Below, piece by piece: positions 48,781 to 58,663 of a stretch of 64,000 bases of DNA. The stretch lies in the NCBI GenBank assembly GCA_965237935.1, contig CBDEGW010000004.1, positions 93,340 to 157,339 of the forward strand, written 5' to 3'. How positions within the stretch are numbered: the first letter of the stretch is position 1; the number at the start of each line of letters is the position of its first letter. The notes under the pieces were generated by a model. It was given only the letters and a program-made list of their open reading frames with translations, was not told where the DNA came from and ran no database searches. This DNA is from Dehalococcoidia bacterium (GTDB lineage: Bacteria; Chloroflexota; Dehalococcoidia; Lucifugimonadales; CBDEGW01). Position numbers and translations under genes: made by a program.

Positions 48781-50283
48781 GGCGCTCTCACCCTAGAGTT
48801 GTTCGGATGGAATGGGCACGCGTATCTTTAGGCTGGTTCCCTCTCCCTCTCGCGTATCTAGCTGAAGGGAGCCTCCCAGCCATTCAGCCCGCTGCTGCAT
48901 ACTCATTAACCCCATGTGGCCAACCGAGACGGCACTGGCCATGGTTTGAGACGCATTGAACCCCTTACCATTATCGGTCACTTCGATGAACAGATCGCTC
49001 TCCTGATAATGCAGTCGTAGATCTACCCTAGTTGCCTTGGCGTGCCTGCGTACATTATTAAGGGCTTCCTGGACTATGCGAAAGACAGTGATCTCCATGG
49101 AGGGGTCCAGGCGTATTTGGGAGCCCTCGGTTTCAAAGAAGCATTCGATGTTCTCTTTTTCCAAGGTCTCTGCGGCTTTAGAGAGGGCGTGGTTCAGCCC
49201 CAGCTCATCAAGAGACGGAGGCCGAAGTCCAGCCATGACCATTCTGAGCTCTCGCAGGCTTTCATCAACGGCGTCTTCCAGGGCCTCCAGGTCTTCGCGG
49301 AGATTGGCATAGTTCCTCTGGGCTAGCAGGGCGTTGCAGATTTGAGCCTGGTAGGAAGCCCTCACCAGCCACTGGGCCACGCTGTCGTGGAGCTCCACTG
49401 TCATCCGCTCTCGCTCCTGCTCCTGGGCCTGTACTACCTGAGCCAGCAACTGCTCGGCTCGCTGCTGCTGCTGACGCAGACTATCCAGCATGCGGGCATT
49501 GTCTACGGCCAGGGCGGCGCCACTGGCCATAGTTAGAAGGAGGTCCACCTCCTCCTCGGTGTAATCTGTTCCCCGGCGCTTCTCTCCCAGGGCCAGGATT
49601 CCGGTGAAAGTGCCCCGGCTCAGCATGGGACAGAGAAGATTCACCCCTAGAGCTCTAAGGGAATTCATCTCCGACTCCCAGAGCCCCGCTCCTTCCGGAA
49701 AGGTGTCCAGGTATTGCACCCGCAGCGCCTGCTTCTCCTCCACCATTAGCGTAACCAGGGGGCTGTCGCGGTGCAGCATCAGGTCTAAGGAGGTTTCGCC
49801 CCAAATTTCCCCGGCCGAGAAGCGCGCTTGGAACTCGCCCGTCGTCCCGTCGAGTATGAGGAGCGTTGCCCATTGGGCGTGGAGCCCTTGCAGTAGGACA
49901 TCCAGCATATCCCGGGAAAGCCGCTCCAGGTCCAGGGCATTGCTTAAGCTGGCACGGAAGTCGGCCAGTCTCTGGCGGAACTCATAGGTGCTGCGGAAGA
50001 AGAGCCTGTCCATGCGTTCCTGAGTAAGGTTTCGCAGGGGGGTAAACGTTATCGCCATCATCAGCGCCAGGGCGGCGGCGACTACCGGTCCGGAATACCC
50101 GCTGGATACAGGGAAGATGTTTTGGAGCCCATAGAGGACCATGAGGAATGCAGCGGTCAGCACCACTGTCAGGGCGGAGTAGGGCAAGCTCCGCTGGATC
50201 ACCACGCGTATATCCATCAGATTGTACTTGAGGATGGCGTAGCTAATTATTGGGAATTATATACCAGTTTACCCCAGGCCCCA

Positions 50284-50445
50284 TTATGAGGCGGCTTGGT
50301 CTGCCCGCTTGCGCAGCGTATCCCGTTCTGGCTTGGGGCGAGTCTTTAGCAGCGACTTGATGGCATTCTCAGCCGTGTCTGGGATTGGCTCCGGCGGCTT
50401 GCGCTCCACAGGACGGCCCCGCTTGGGATTAGCTTTGTCTGACAT
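50284..50445 (-). CDS. Small basic protein at the IS1595 3' end (53 aa)
   Basis: AGGAG RBS; MSDKANPKRGRPVERKPPEPIPDTAENAIKSLL... Confidence 0.6.
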   Translation of the reverse strand: MSDKANPKRGRPVERKPPEPIPDTAENAIKSLLKTRPKPERDTLRKRADQAAS

Positions 50446-50507
50446 ACCTATCCTCCTTTTTCTCCGAGTCCTAGGTCATGCGCAGTGCTACTACTGCTGT
50501 TTCTCCA

Positions 50508-51623
50508 TTATCTACTGGATGCAGCAGCATCCGGCGACTCAGGTCTGGCGTTGATGCAATTCCCTGAGACGAACTGTCGCAAGGCATCCGTGTGGGCGTA
50601 AAGATCGTATATCTGCTCGACGTGTATGGGCGTCATGCCGGTCGCTACCAAACGGACAGATTCGGGCCGCCTCGCGTACAACTGGAACAGGACACCCCCA
50701 TAATCTTCTCTTTCGGGACTGTCATACAACACCACCGAGCAGTAGCGTTTGGTTTGTCGCAAATCGAGACGGCGTACGTCCACCAGACCGCCCAGTATCG
50801 CCTTTATTACGTTTAGGGCTTCGATCTCCGTCGCGACGAACGGAGGCTCGTCTTTTTCCGCTTGTTCTTCAGCGACGTGTGATGATGGTGCATCGCCCTC
50901 CTGTTTTAGCGCATTCGTCAAGCGGTCTTGTATTTTGCCACTGATGAACTGGTTGAATGCAGAATAGGTCAAGCCTTGGAACATTCGACGCGCCCCGATG
51001 GAATTTGTTCCTTCATAAACTTGGCGAGTGACAAATCGCACAAAGTCATCAGAAGGTTTTGCTAACTCTCTGGCGAGCAGACGTTTGATCTCCGCCGTGT
51101 ATCTTAATTCCCTTGCCGCGTCTATGATCGTCGTTTGGTCGAACGCCTCCTTGGTAAACCTCTTTAACTCCTGTACCTCCTGCTCCGTAAAGTTGAGCAT
51201 GTCGAATGTGAAAAATGGCCGGGGGTCCATGACATTCGACTGATCGAGGTCGGAAAAGAAAAGATAACGGATGCCGTCCGTCAATATACCGACGCGTGAT
51301 GCGGTAACGCCAAAATACCGGAGCAACTGTGACACGACATGGTCATCGAGTTTAGTTCCTAATTTTTTGCACTCGACAAGAATCGCGGGCATCCCTGACT
51401 GGATTAGTGCGTAATCTACCTTCTCGCCTTTCTTGGAACCGATGTCGGCGGTAAATTCGGGAACTACTTCAACCGGATCGAATATGTCATAGCCCAGCAT
51501 CTGAATGAACGGTAAAACCAGCGAAGTCTTTGTTGCCTCCTCCGTGGACTCCGAATTGTCCATTTGAGCGATCCGCTTGGCGAAGCGACTAGACCGGCTG
51601 CGAACTTCGTCAATAAAATCCAT
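50508..51623 (-). CDS. HsdR N-terminal-like PD-(D/E)XK nuclease protein (IS passenger)
   Basis: TEEATKTSLVLPF, EKVDYAL, ILVECK, ILTDG; no helicase motifs. Confidence 0.82.
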   Translation of the reverse strand: MDFIDEVRSRSSRFAKRIAQMDNSESTEEATKTSLVLPFIQMLGYDIFDPVEVVPEFTADIGSKKGEKVDYALIQSGMPAILVECKKLGTKLDDHVVSQLLRYFGVTASRVGILTDGIRYLFFSDLDQSNVMDPRPFFTFDMLNFTEQEVQELKRFTKEAFDQTTIIDAARELRYTAEIKRLLARELAKPSDDFVRFVTRQVYEGTNSIGARRMFQGLTYSAFNQFISGKIQDRLTNALKQEGDAPSSHVAEEQAEKDEPPFVATEIEALNVIKAILGGLVDVRRLDLRQTKRYCSVVLYDSPEREDYGGVLFQLYARRPESVRLVATGMTPIHVEQIYDLYAHTDALRQFVSGNCINARPESPDAAASSR

Positions 51624-51647
51624 GCTGCCTCCTTGTATCCAAACCCC

Positions 51648-52586
51648 CTATGTTCTTACCAAATCCGCGTACCGCAAACGCTTCCCACCCATGTTCTGAG
51701 CCATAGCCGCCATCTGTGCCTCAGTGTCCATCGGGCGGTCGTTGTGGCGTCCAGAAAACTCCGTTACGTACCGGCCCAGGTGCTTGACGCTCATGTGGTG
51801 GTATACCCCGACGTATCCACGTTTCAGCATCGCCCAATGGCTCTCTATCCCGTTGGTATGGGCCATCCCGTGCACGTATTCGCGGGCGGAGTGCTTGACC
51901 GTCTCGTGTGGCCGCCTAAGCCCGCCATAGGCTAATGCGTCATCGGTGTAGACCTGAGCGTCCTTCTCGGTGTGCTGGTAGACAAAGCCCTGCAACGTGG
52001 GAGCATCAGTTGAGTGAGCGACCTGGGCAGTGACTTGGCCGGTCTCCCGGTCCTTTGCGCCCACAACCGCCGTCTTGCCCACAGGCCCTCGACCGGCATG
52101 GAGCCGCTTGGCCTCGTGCTTGTTGCGCTCCTTCCCGCCGATGTACGTCTCGTCTACTTCGACCGGGCCTGCGAACGGAGCGTTATCGTGTGCCCACGCT
52201 TGGCGGATGCGGTGACCCAAGTGCCAGGCCGTCTTTTGGGTGACGCCAAGGTCGCGGTGTAGCTTCATGCTCGACACTCCCTTAAGGTTCGTAACCAGGA
52301 GATAGAGGGCCATGCCCCACGCCTTCAACGGCAGCTTCGAGGCGCGCATGATGGAGTCGGACTTGATGCTGAAGTCCTTGCGGCAGCCGTTGCACCGGAA
52401 GGGCTGGGGCTTGCGGGTGGTGCGGTGCTGGATGTCTTGGGAGTTGCAAGCCGGGCACTCTACGCCATCGGGCCAGCGTTGCTCTACAAACCACGCCTCG
52501 GTGAAGTCGGGGTCTGAGAACATCTCCACAGCCTCTATGAGGCTGATTCCCTTGCGGTAGTGCTTCCCTGGTGCGTTGCTAGCCAT
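51648..52586 (-). CDS. IS1595 (ISXO2-like) transposase
   Basis: Zn ribbon CPAC/CNGC; VEVDETYIGG, YTDD, HTNGIESHW. Confidence 0.95.
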   Translation of the reverse strand: MASNAPGKHYRKGISLIEAVEMFSDPDFTEAWFVEQRWPDGVECPACNSQDIQHRTTRKPQPFRCNGCRKDFSIKSDSIMRASKLPLKAWGMALYLLVTNLKGVSSMKLHRDLGVTQKTAWHLGHRIRQAWAHDNAPFAGPVEVDETYIGGKERNKHEAKRLHAGRGPVGKTAVVGAKDRETGQVTAQVAHSTDAPTLQGFVYQHTEKDAQVYTDDALAYGGLRRPHETVKHSAREYVHGMAHTNGIESHWAMLKRGYVGVYHHMSVKHLGRYVTEFSGRHNDRPMDTEAQMAAMAQNMGGKRLRYADLVRT

Positions 52587-52616
52587 CTGTCTAAACCCCT
52601 CTTGCTTTATAAGAGA

Positions 52617-52645
52617 AGTTTACCCCAAGCGGCTGCGGTTGTCAA
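52617..52645 (-). promoter_or_regulatory. Probable transposase promoter
   Basis: TTGACA-17 bp-TAAACT on the minus strand. Confidence 0.6.
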
Positions 52646-52872
52646 GGACCTCCGTTGCCTGTTTCTAGGGCGCGCACCAATATCACGACAACGGGCGTTA
52701 ACGACGTGCCGATGGTCAGTGCTGGGGCAACGACCAGGGCGATCAAAGGTAGTGCTTCCTGCGTAGTCTTGTCCTTCGACAGTGATAATCCCGTGCGCAA
52801 CGCCAGAAATGCCAGCAAAGCTTGCACACCTACAACTAAGACCGTCAGCACCAGAACAATGTAGGTGCTCAA
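52642..52872 (-). CDS. Small 2-TM passenger protein
   Basis: Hydrophobic 76 aa; TTG start overlaps the stop of a 33-aa hydrophobic ORF (52869-52970). Confidence 0.5.
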   Translation of the reverse strand: MSTYIVLVLTVLVVGVQALLAFLALRTGLSLSKDKTTQEALPLIALVVAPALTIGTSLTPVVVILVRALETGNGGP

Positions 52873-53778
52873 GCAAACACCACCATAGCCGTCACCGCAA
52901 GGGTGATGATAGCGGAGGCTATGAGGGGGCCTGCGATTGCAACAATTGTAACCTTGGAGTCCATGTCCATATTATACTGCCTCCGGGGTAATTTGGTATA
53001 TAATTCCCTAATTATTAGGGCGTTGAACAGGTTGCCCAGGTGGTCAATGGGGTATTTGGACAGGTCTTGACTGATGTTGGTCAGGAGGTAAGGGGTCACT
53101 ATTAAGAGGCCAATCAGCAGGTAAGTGATCCTGGAGCTGGCCAGGGGAGTGGTCACCTCCTTTCGATACTGCACCAGCGAAAAGGCGATGGCTCCCACCA
53201 GGGCTAAGCCAAAGGGCACCATGAGATAGAGGGAGAAGCCGAATTCTACGTAGAGGAAGCCGTCCTATACACGAGAGTTCTGGGGTACGTGGCCCAGGGC
53301 GGCCAGTATGGCCATTACCAACAGGAAGGCGGATCCCAGATATACTCCTACACCCGAAGGCTTGCGGACAAAGACGCGCACAAAGTGGTAGTAGGTGATT
53401 GCCATCCATATAGTGGCCAGAATTATGAGGCGATTAATGGCCAGGGTGTTCTCTTGAAGGAAGGAGGTCTCCAAGCGAATGAGGAAGGAGAAGAAGCTCC
53501 AGAGGCCCGCAGCCACCAGGTATAGTATGAAAGCCCTGCGCTCCAGCATCCGAGGATGACGCTGAGCCAGGACTATCAGCGTGCCGTAGGCGAAAAAGCC
53601 TAGTAGGGGGATTAGCGCTAAGACACTCAAGACAGCCTCAGCCGAAGTTTGAGTCAACTTGTTGCCAGATAGACCTTGGTCAGTATGGCGCGGTTATGTC
53701 AAAGCTGTCAAGTTGACCCTTGCGTGCCGAAGCCGGCCCAGCATTGATAAGGCTTGCAAAGAAGCGACAGGCGATGGA

Positions 53779-55497
53779 TTACTCGGCTTTAGTGGGTAAA
53801 CTGCCATTCATGTGGAAGCCGTTTCCATTGACGTGGGGGTAGTTTCCATTCATCAGGAGACGGACCTCCTGGTCGGAGGGGTTGATGCGGCGGGGCGCCA
53901 GGCGCGAGAGCTCAGCCCCGTTCGCCCGTTGTTCCCCAGCGTATCTATGGAAAGCGCCACAGGGCAGGATGGTAACCCTCAAGGGTTCCAGGTGCAGCAT
54001 CTCCTCCAGGTCGGCATAGGGGGCGTCCAGGCGCTTGAGATGATAGTGAATTGCCTCCCTGGCTGCCTTGGGACCCTTGTCATCTGGAGTCGACCCATTC
54101 TCTTTTAGCTCCAGATACAGGTGCAGTACGGGGTTATCCTGACCCTCTTTCCTGGGGACCCATTCCTGACAGGCCACTCCCGAGCGCTGAATGGCCTCGC
54201 CTATGACCCTCTCAGTTAGACGTGTAAAGCCAGCCAGGTCAAGAAAGCCATCGGACCGGGAGTGGAAGACCATCTGGGGGAGGTCTATGTCCAGCTTCTC
54301 GTTCCGCACAGCGGTGAACCTGACCAGGTCTCCCATGCGGTACCGTACAAAGGCGCCCCCCAGCAGATTTGTGATCACCACCTCGTAGCTCTGGCCGGGG
54401 GTCACCTCGTTCAGTAGGCAGGTCTTGGGTTGATAGCCGGGACTGAGGGAGGCTTTCAAGCGCTCCTCCTCCGGGATAAACTCCAGGAAGTTCAGGTTCG
54501 GTAGGAAGGTCATCCCTTCTCGGTCCCAAGTTTGCACTGCGATCAGTAATCCTTCGGTGGAGCCATACCCATCCAGAGGGTCCTTACCCCACATCTCCTT
54601 GATCTTCTGACGGTAGATGGAGGATTCTGCGCCACCTATGGCCACGCCTCGCAGGTTCCACAGGTCCTTGGGCAGCAGAGAACGCCGGGCCAGCTTGCTC
54701 TTCAGCAGCCCCTTGGCCAGACGCATAAAGAGTCGAGGCTGGCCCAGCATCGAGAGCAAGCTGAGCCCCTTGCCTCCCTGGCTTAACTGCTCTCCCAGGG
54801 CCACCAACACACTGGGCAGTCCGAAGACAAAGTCCAGCCCATCGGTAAGGGCCTGCTGTAAGCCCCGCTGAATACGCTCTTCGAAGGACATCTCCTCGGC
54901 ATCCTCCAGGGGAGGCAGAAACCGCAGTGGCAGCTCCTCATTGGCGCGTCGTGCCCAGCAACCGGTGGCATAGGGCGGAGGCGCGAGGGCGTAGAGGATC
55001 TTCTCCTCATCGCCCAGGCTGATGTCGTACTTGCGTTTGCAGGTGGCCAGAATCAGTGCCGCGAAGAGGGCCGAGCCCATCTCCTGGTACATGCGCTCCG
55101 ACATAGGGGCCCACTTGCATTCGTGCTCTCCCCAAATGCCGGAGGTACGCTGCCACAGCAGAGGCTTGGCTGGAAGGGCCTCCTCCCGTTGCTCCTGCAG
55201 GTAGGGAGCATAATCGCTATAGGTGGTCAGGGGCACCTGTTCCCTGAATTCTGCTAAAGTCTTGGGCTGGGCGCCTGCCATGACTTTTCGCCCCATCTCG
55301 CAATTGGCCAGAAGCTCCAGTTGTTCCAAGAGCAGGTGCCGCTGAATGTTCATAAACCTCGGTAGGCTGAGGTCCAGAAAGCCGCAGTACTTTCTCCATA
55401 GCTCCTTATACCGATGCTCTCTGAGAAGGTCTTTTCCGGTGGTTCTCTCCACAACATCGGAGCGGCGCTCCAACAGCTCTTCTAGTTTAATAGTCAT
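53779..55497 (-). CDS. GH3-family acyl-adenylate/amido synthetase
   Basis: VPLTTYSDY, RTSG...KWAP, YGSTEG, YRMGDLV motifs. Confidence 0.9.
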   Translation of the reverse strand: MTIKLEELLERRSDVVERTTGKDLLREHRYKELWRKYCGFLDLSLPRFMNIQRHLLLEQLELLANCEMGRKVMAGAQPKTLAEFREQVPLTTYSDYAPYLQEQREEALPAKPLLWQRTSGIWGEHECKWAPMSERMYQEMGSALFAALILATCKRKYDISLGDEEKILYALAPPPYATGCWARRANEELPLRFLPPLEDAEEMSFEERIQRGLQQALTDGLDFVFGLPSVLVALGEQLSQGGKGLSLLSMLGQPRLFMRLAKGLLKSKLARRSLLPKDLWNLRGVAIGGAESSIYRQKIKEMWGKDPLDGYGSTEGLLIAVQTWDREGMTFLPNLNFLEFIPEEERLKASLSPGYQPKTCLLNEVTPGQSYEVVITNLLGGAFVRYRMGDLVRFTAVRNEKLDIDLPQMVFHSRSDGFLDLAGFTRLTERVIGEAIQRSGVACQEWVPRKEGQDNPVLHLYLELKENGSTPDDKGPKAAREAIHYHLKRLDAPYADLEEMLHLEPLRVTILPCGAFHRYAGEQRANGAELSRLAPRRINPSDQEVRLLMNGNYPHVNGNGFHMNGSLPTKAE

Positions 55498-55502
55498 ATC
55501 GC

Positions 55503-56120
55503 TTACCTCTCTTGGAGACTCCGCTCCAGGGCTCTCGGCAAGTGGAGGCCTTTTAGGAAGACAGCCACGCTTCGCCGATTGGGAATCAGCATAGGGGTGG
55601 CCTGCCGATACTGCTCATATCCCGGCAGAACCTTGCCCAGCACAAGTCTCTCCTGCAGGACTACCCACAGGACGTCCAAGGCGATCCAAAGGGGTAGCGC
55701 AAGTAGCAGAGGCTTGGCCTGGAAGGCCAGAAGAAGAGAGACTATGAAGAGGGCGTACCAGGCAACTGTGGGGTGTCTTACCAGGGCGTAAGTCCCCGTG
55801 GTCACCAGGTGCGGTGTGTCGTGGGAGTTTCGATAGGTCGCTGAAAAGGGGAGCTCTACAAACAGGGAGTAGAAAAGCAACAGGGCCGATCCAGGCAGTA
55901 GGATCCATCCCACTCCCTGAAGCCAGCCTGGCAGCCAGAACCGCTCCGACGTAAGGCAGACCATTGTCGTGGCGTAGAGCAGAAGACCGCCCGCCAATAT
56001 CCACATCATCGTCTTGGCTCCTGGGAACCTCTTTACGAAAGGCAGCTCGAAAGCGTACCCCGCTATGAACCCCAGGATGCCTATTAGGGCATAGTACAGG
56101 CAGTATGGCCTGACCAGCAC
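55503..56120 (-). CDS. ICMT/PEMT-like integral membrane methyltransferase
   Basis: LVTTGTYALVRHP, ERLVLGKVLPGYEQYRQATPMLIP. Confidence 0.75.
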   Translation of the reverse strand: MLVRPYCLYYALIGILGFIAGYAFELPFVKRFPGAKTMMWILAGGLLLYATTMVCLTSERFWLPGWLQGVGWILLPGSALLLFYSLFVELPFSATYRNSHDTPHLVTTGTYALVRHPTVAWYALFIVSLLLAFQAKPLLLALPLWIALDVLWVVLQERLVLGKVLPGYEQYRQATPMLIPNRRSVAVFLKGLHLPRALERSLQER

Positions 56121-56181
56121 TAAGCGGGAAGTGACTTAGTTCTAGAACAAAGTTCTATCAGCGCAGGGCGATAGCTAAATT

Positions 56182-56210
56182 AGAAGGGGCTCCAAAAAGG
56201 AGCCCCTTCT
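56182..56210. terminator. Hairpin terminator
   Basis: AGAAGGGGCTCC-AAAAA-GGAGCCCCTTCT with AT-rich flanks. Confidence 0.7.
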
Positions 56211-56247
56211 TTAAACTAACGAGAAGACCTGTTTTCGAGCTGGGGAG

Positions 56248-56598
56248 TTACTTCGCAGGCGTCTTCTTGAGCTGTCGAGAGGATTCCTTGGCGACGCCCA
56301 GCTCATCCAGCTTTTTCGTAAGGCTTGCTAAATCGTTGTTGCCCCTGCGGGGCCCCAGCTCCAGACCATAGCTGACGACAAAGTCCAGGACACTTCTCAG
56401 GAGGCCCTTGATGTCCTCTTCCACCTCGGTCAGGGCCTCCTGGGTGGCGTATCGCTCATCGGCGGTTTTCTGCTCCAGGCGACTATCAATAAGAAACTCT
56501 ATGAATTCCGCTATGCTAAGGTCCCCACGGTTCTCGTCGATCTTTTGCAGCAGGTTGCCGGGGATAATGAGCATTCTTTTATCGGCCACAGTCAACAC
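56248..56598 (-). CDS. Hypothetical protein (possible ribbon-helix-helix N-terminus)
   Basis: AAGGAG RBS; LLQKIDENRGDLSIAEFIEFLIDSRL. Confidence 0.7.
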   Translation of the reverse strand: MLTVADKRMLIIPGNLLQKIDENRGDLSIAEFIEFLIDSRLEQKTADERYATQEALTEVEEDIKGLLRSVLDFVVSYGLELGPRRGNNDLASLTKKLDELGVAKESSRQLKKTPAK

Positions 56599-56656
56599 TC
56601 CTTAGCCAGCCATGGCGGGGAGGTCCATTGGCGGACTAACTTTTTAAGGCACACCT

Positions 56657-56932
56657 TTACTGAGACGCACCCAAAGCCGATAGCACGGCGTCTATGCTAT
56701 TGAGTAGCTGTGCCCCTCGCGGAGTGACCAGGTATTTTACGCCTGGATTGGGCACTATTTTCGCCTCCAGAAAACCCTCTTGAACCAGATAGCTCAGGTA
56801 CTTCTGGAGCTGGCGGAAGCTCAAGTTGGCGCTGTACATTATCTCCGTTTTCCCGGCCTCGCCCAAGCGCAGGATGTCGGCGATAACCTCCATGCTGGAC
56901 CTTCGGCTGTTCACTCCATTCTTCATCCCCAC
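56657..56932 (-). CDS. Winged-helix regulator (HTH_45/COG3432-like)
   Basis: RRSSMEVIADIL...KTEIMYSANLSFRQLQKYL...VTPRG. Confidence 0.82.
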   Translation of the reverse strand: MGMKNGVNSRRSSMEVIADILRLGEAGKTEIMYSANLSFRQLQKYLSYLVQEGFLEAKIVPNPGVKYLVTPRGAQLLNSIDAVLSALGASQ

Positions 56933-57152
56933 CCCCAGTCCATTGGGCTACACCATGCCTTAGAGCTTTCCACAACATAACATTATGGTGCATTTTCTAG
57001 ATTCGTCAAGGCCAGGGGCAGATTTGAGCCGTAGCCTGGCTCTTGTCTAGCCAGCATTTAGCACACCACGGTGTCTTGACGAAAGCGGGGCAGGAGGGAA
57101 CAGGGAAGAGGGCAGCGTCTGATAGGCTTACTAGAGGGATGCCAGCGCGCTG

Positions 57153-57563
57153 TCAAATCAGGGTCAAGGTGAAATTATTGACCACGGCGGCGAAAGCCGT
57201 TAAAGCATATGGCACCAGCACGGCGACGTAGGCCGCCCGAGCGAAGGCTGTGAGGCCAACCCTGTCGTAGAATAGGCGGGTGGCACCGGCTATCACGCAC
57301 AGGAGACCCACGGCCACCACGTCCATAATGTACAGTCCGTTCCAACCGCCTCTCTTTAACGCCCAGCTTGCCAGGGGGCCGCTTTCATACACCTCCGCCT
57401 TTCCGCTGATCTCCAGGAGGACGAAGGTGCTGATATGGTCTAACGCTCCGAGAAGGCAGACGAGAGGTAACAGCCAGCCAAGATGATATGGCCAGATGGC
57501 CCTTGATAGCGTCCATACATGGCGTTCTAGGGACTTGTGGCGTTGAAGGACCTCCTCTGTCAT
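57153..57563 (-). CDS. Membrane protein (DUF5658-like)
   Basis: LDHIST...YESGPLA motif, 3-4 TM helices. Confidence 0.6.
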   Translation of the reverse strand: MTEEVLQRHKSLERHVWTLSRAIWPYHLGWLLPLVCLLGALDHISTFVLLEISGKAEVYESGPLASWALKRGGWNGLYIMDVVAVGLLCVIAGATRLFYDRVGLTAFARAAYVAVLVPYALTAFAAVVNNFTLTLI

Positions 57564-58032
57564 TGGCTCTGCCCTGGGAAGTATACGGCGAATCCCTGAT
57601 ACCGCTACGTTTGTGGCACTCCCCTTCTGGATTAGCATAGAGATGCAGTACTCCTTTGCGTCTTGCGTGAGGTCTGATAAGAGAAGGATAAACGGACGGA
57701 ACGTCCACGACATCACCCTTAAAGGTGAACTGGGGGCACTCATACAGGCGACTAGTGGATTAATCGCACCATGAGTCCATGTCGGAACGGCCCCTTTGGC
57801 TCTAGGCAATACTTAAGAATTGGAGGAGCTCACACTGGACCGATGATGGTTGACGGAGTCAGTAGCCTGGGGGTAACCTAAGCGCTGTCAGAAGCTCCTG
57901 ACACGGGATCCGCCTCATGAGAAGCCCGCCTGTTCTGACGTTCAAGGCGAAGAGGCCCTGCTCTAGATGGGGCCCTGGGGTTGGATGACGAGATTGGGCC
58001 GGTGGTCCACCCTTTACCAAGGAGATGTAGCC

Positions 58033-58509
58033 ATGGGACATGCTATTGAGGTCACCATTAACGGCGCTCGCTACACCCACGATGTGGAGTCTCGCCTGCT
58101 GTTGGTCCACTACATTCGCGATGTAGCGGGGCTCACCGGCACTCACATAGGTTGCGACACCAGCCAGTGTGGGGCCTGCACTATTCTGGTGGACGGCCTG
58201 GCGGTAAAGTCCTGTACCCTCTTCGCCGTGCAGGCCAACGGCTCTGACATCCTCACCATCGAGGGCCTGGCCAAGGATGGCAACCTTCACCCGTTGCAGG
58301 AAGGGTTCTGGGAGGAGCACGGCCTGCAATGCGGGTACTGCACTCCCGGAATGATCATGACTCTGCACCAGGTGCTGGAGCGGAACCCCAATCCCACTGA
58401 AGAGGAGATACGCCACGGCTTGGCCGGCAACATCTGCCGCTGCACCGGCTACCAGAACATCGTCAAGGCTGCCCAGTACGCCGCCCGCAAGTTGAGGGGA
58501 GAGGGGTAG
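58033..58509 (+). CDS. coxS: CoxS-like [2Fe-2S] subunit
   Basis: [26 protein letters not shown]. Confidence 0.95.
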   Translation: MGHAIEVTINGARYTHDVESRLLLVHYIRDVAGLTGTHIGCDTSQCGACTILVDGLAVKSCTLFAVQANGSDILTIEGLAKDGNLHPLQEGFWEEHGLQCGYCTPGMIMTLHQVLERNPNPTEEEIRHGLAGNICRCTGYQNIVKAAQYAARKLRGEG

Positions 58510-58511
58510 TC

Positions 58512-58663
58512 ATGGTCACTGGCCAGGTATCTAAGATGATTGGGGCTGGCGTCAAGCGGAAGGAGGACCCTCGCCTCATCACCGGCGAGGGCAAGTACAC
58601 CGACGACGTGCATCTTCGGAGAGGGTGTGGCGCATTCTCAAGGAGAAGGGAGTGACGAGATGA
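58512..58663 (+). pseudogene. coxL: coxL remnant, about 2.2 kb deleted internally
   Basis: MVTGQVSKMIGAGVKRKEDPRLITGEGKYTDDVHL joined out of frame to ERVWRILKEKGVTR*. Confidence 0.88.

Larger units (their letters stand above)
50252..53008 (-). mobile_element. IS1595-family element with passenger genes (2757 bp)
   Basis: 24-bp IRs GGGAATTATATACCA(GT/AA)TTACCCC, 22/24 identical; 8-bp TSD TAATTATT (50244-51 / 53009-16). Confidence 0.93.
48793..53657 (-). pseudogene. 7TM + GAF + HisKA_3 sensor kinase, split by IS1595 and carrying an in-frame TAG (53265-67)
   Basis: 53657-53009 plus 50243-48793 is 2100 nt in frame (FNALII-SYAILKY); ELHDSVAQ, EALNNVRRHA, DNGKGF. Confidence 0.88.

Noticed and set aside
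57859-58416. 185-aa minus-strand ORF
   Set aside because: Common antisense shadow of coxS
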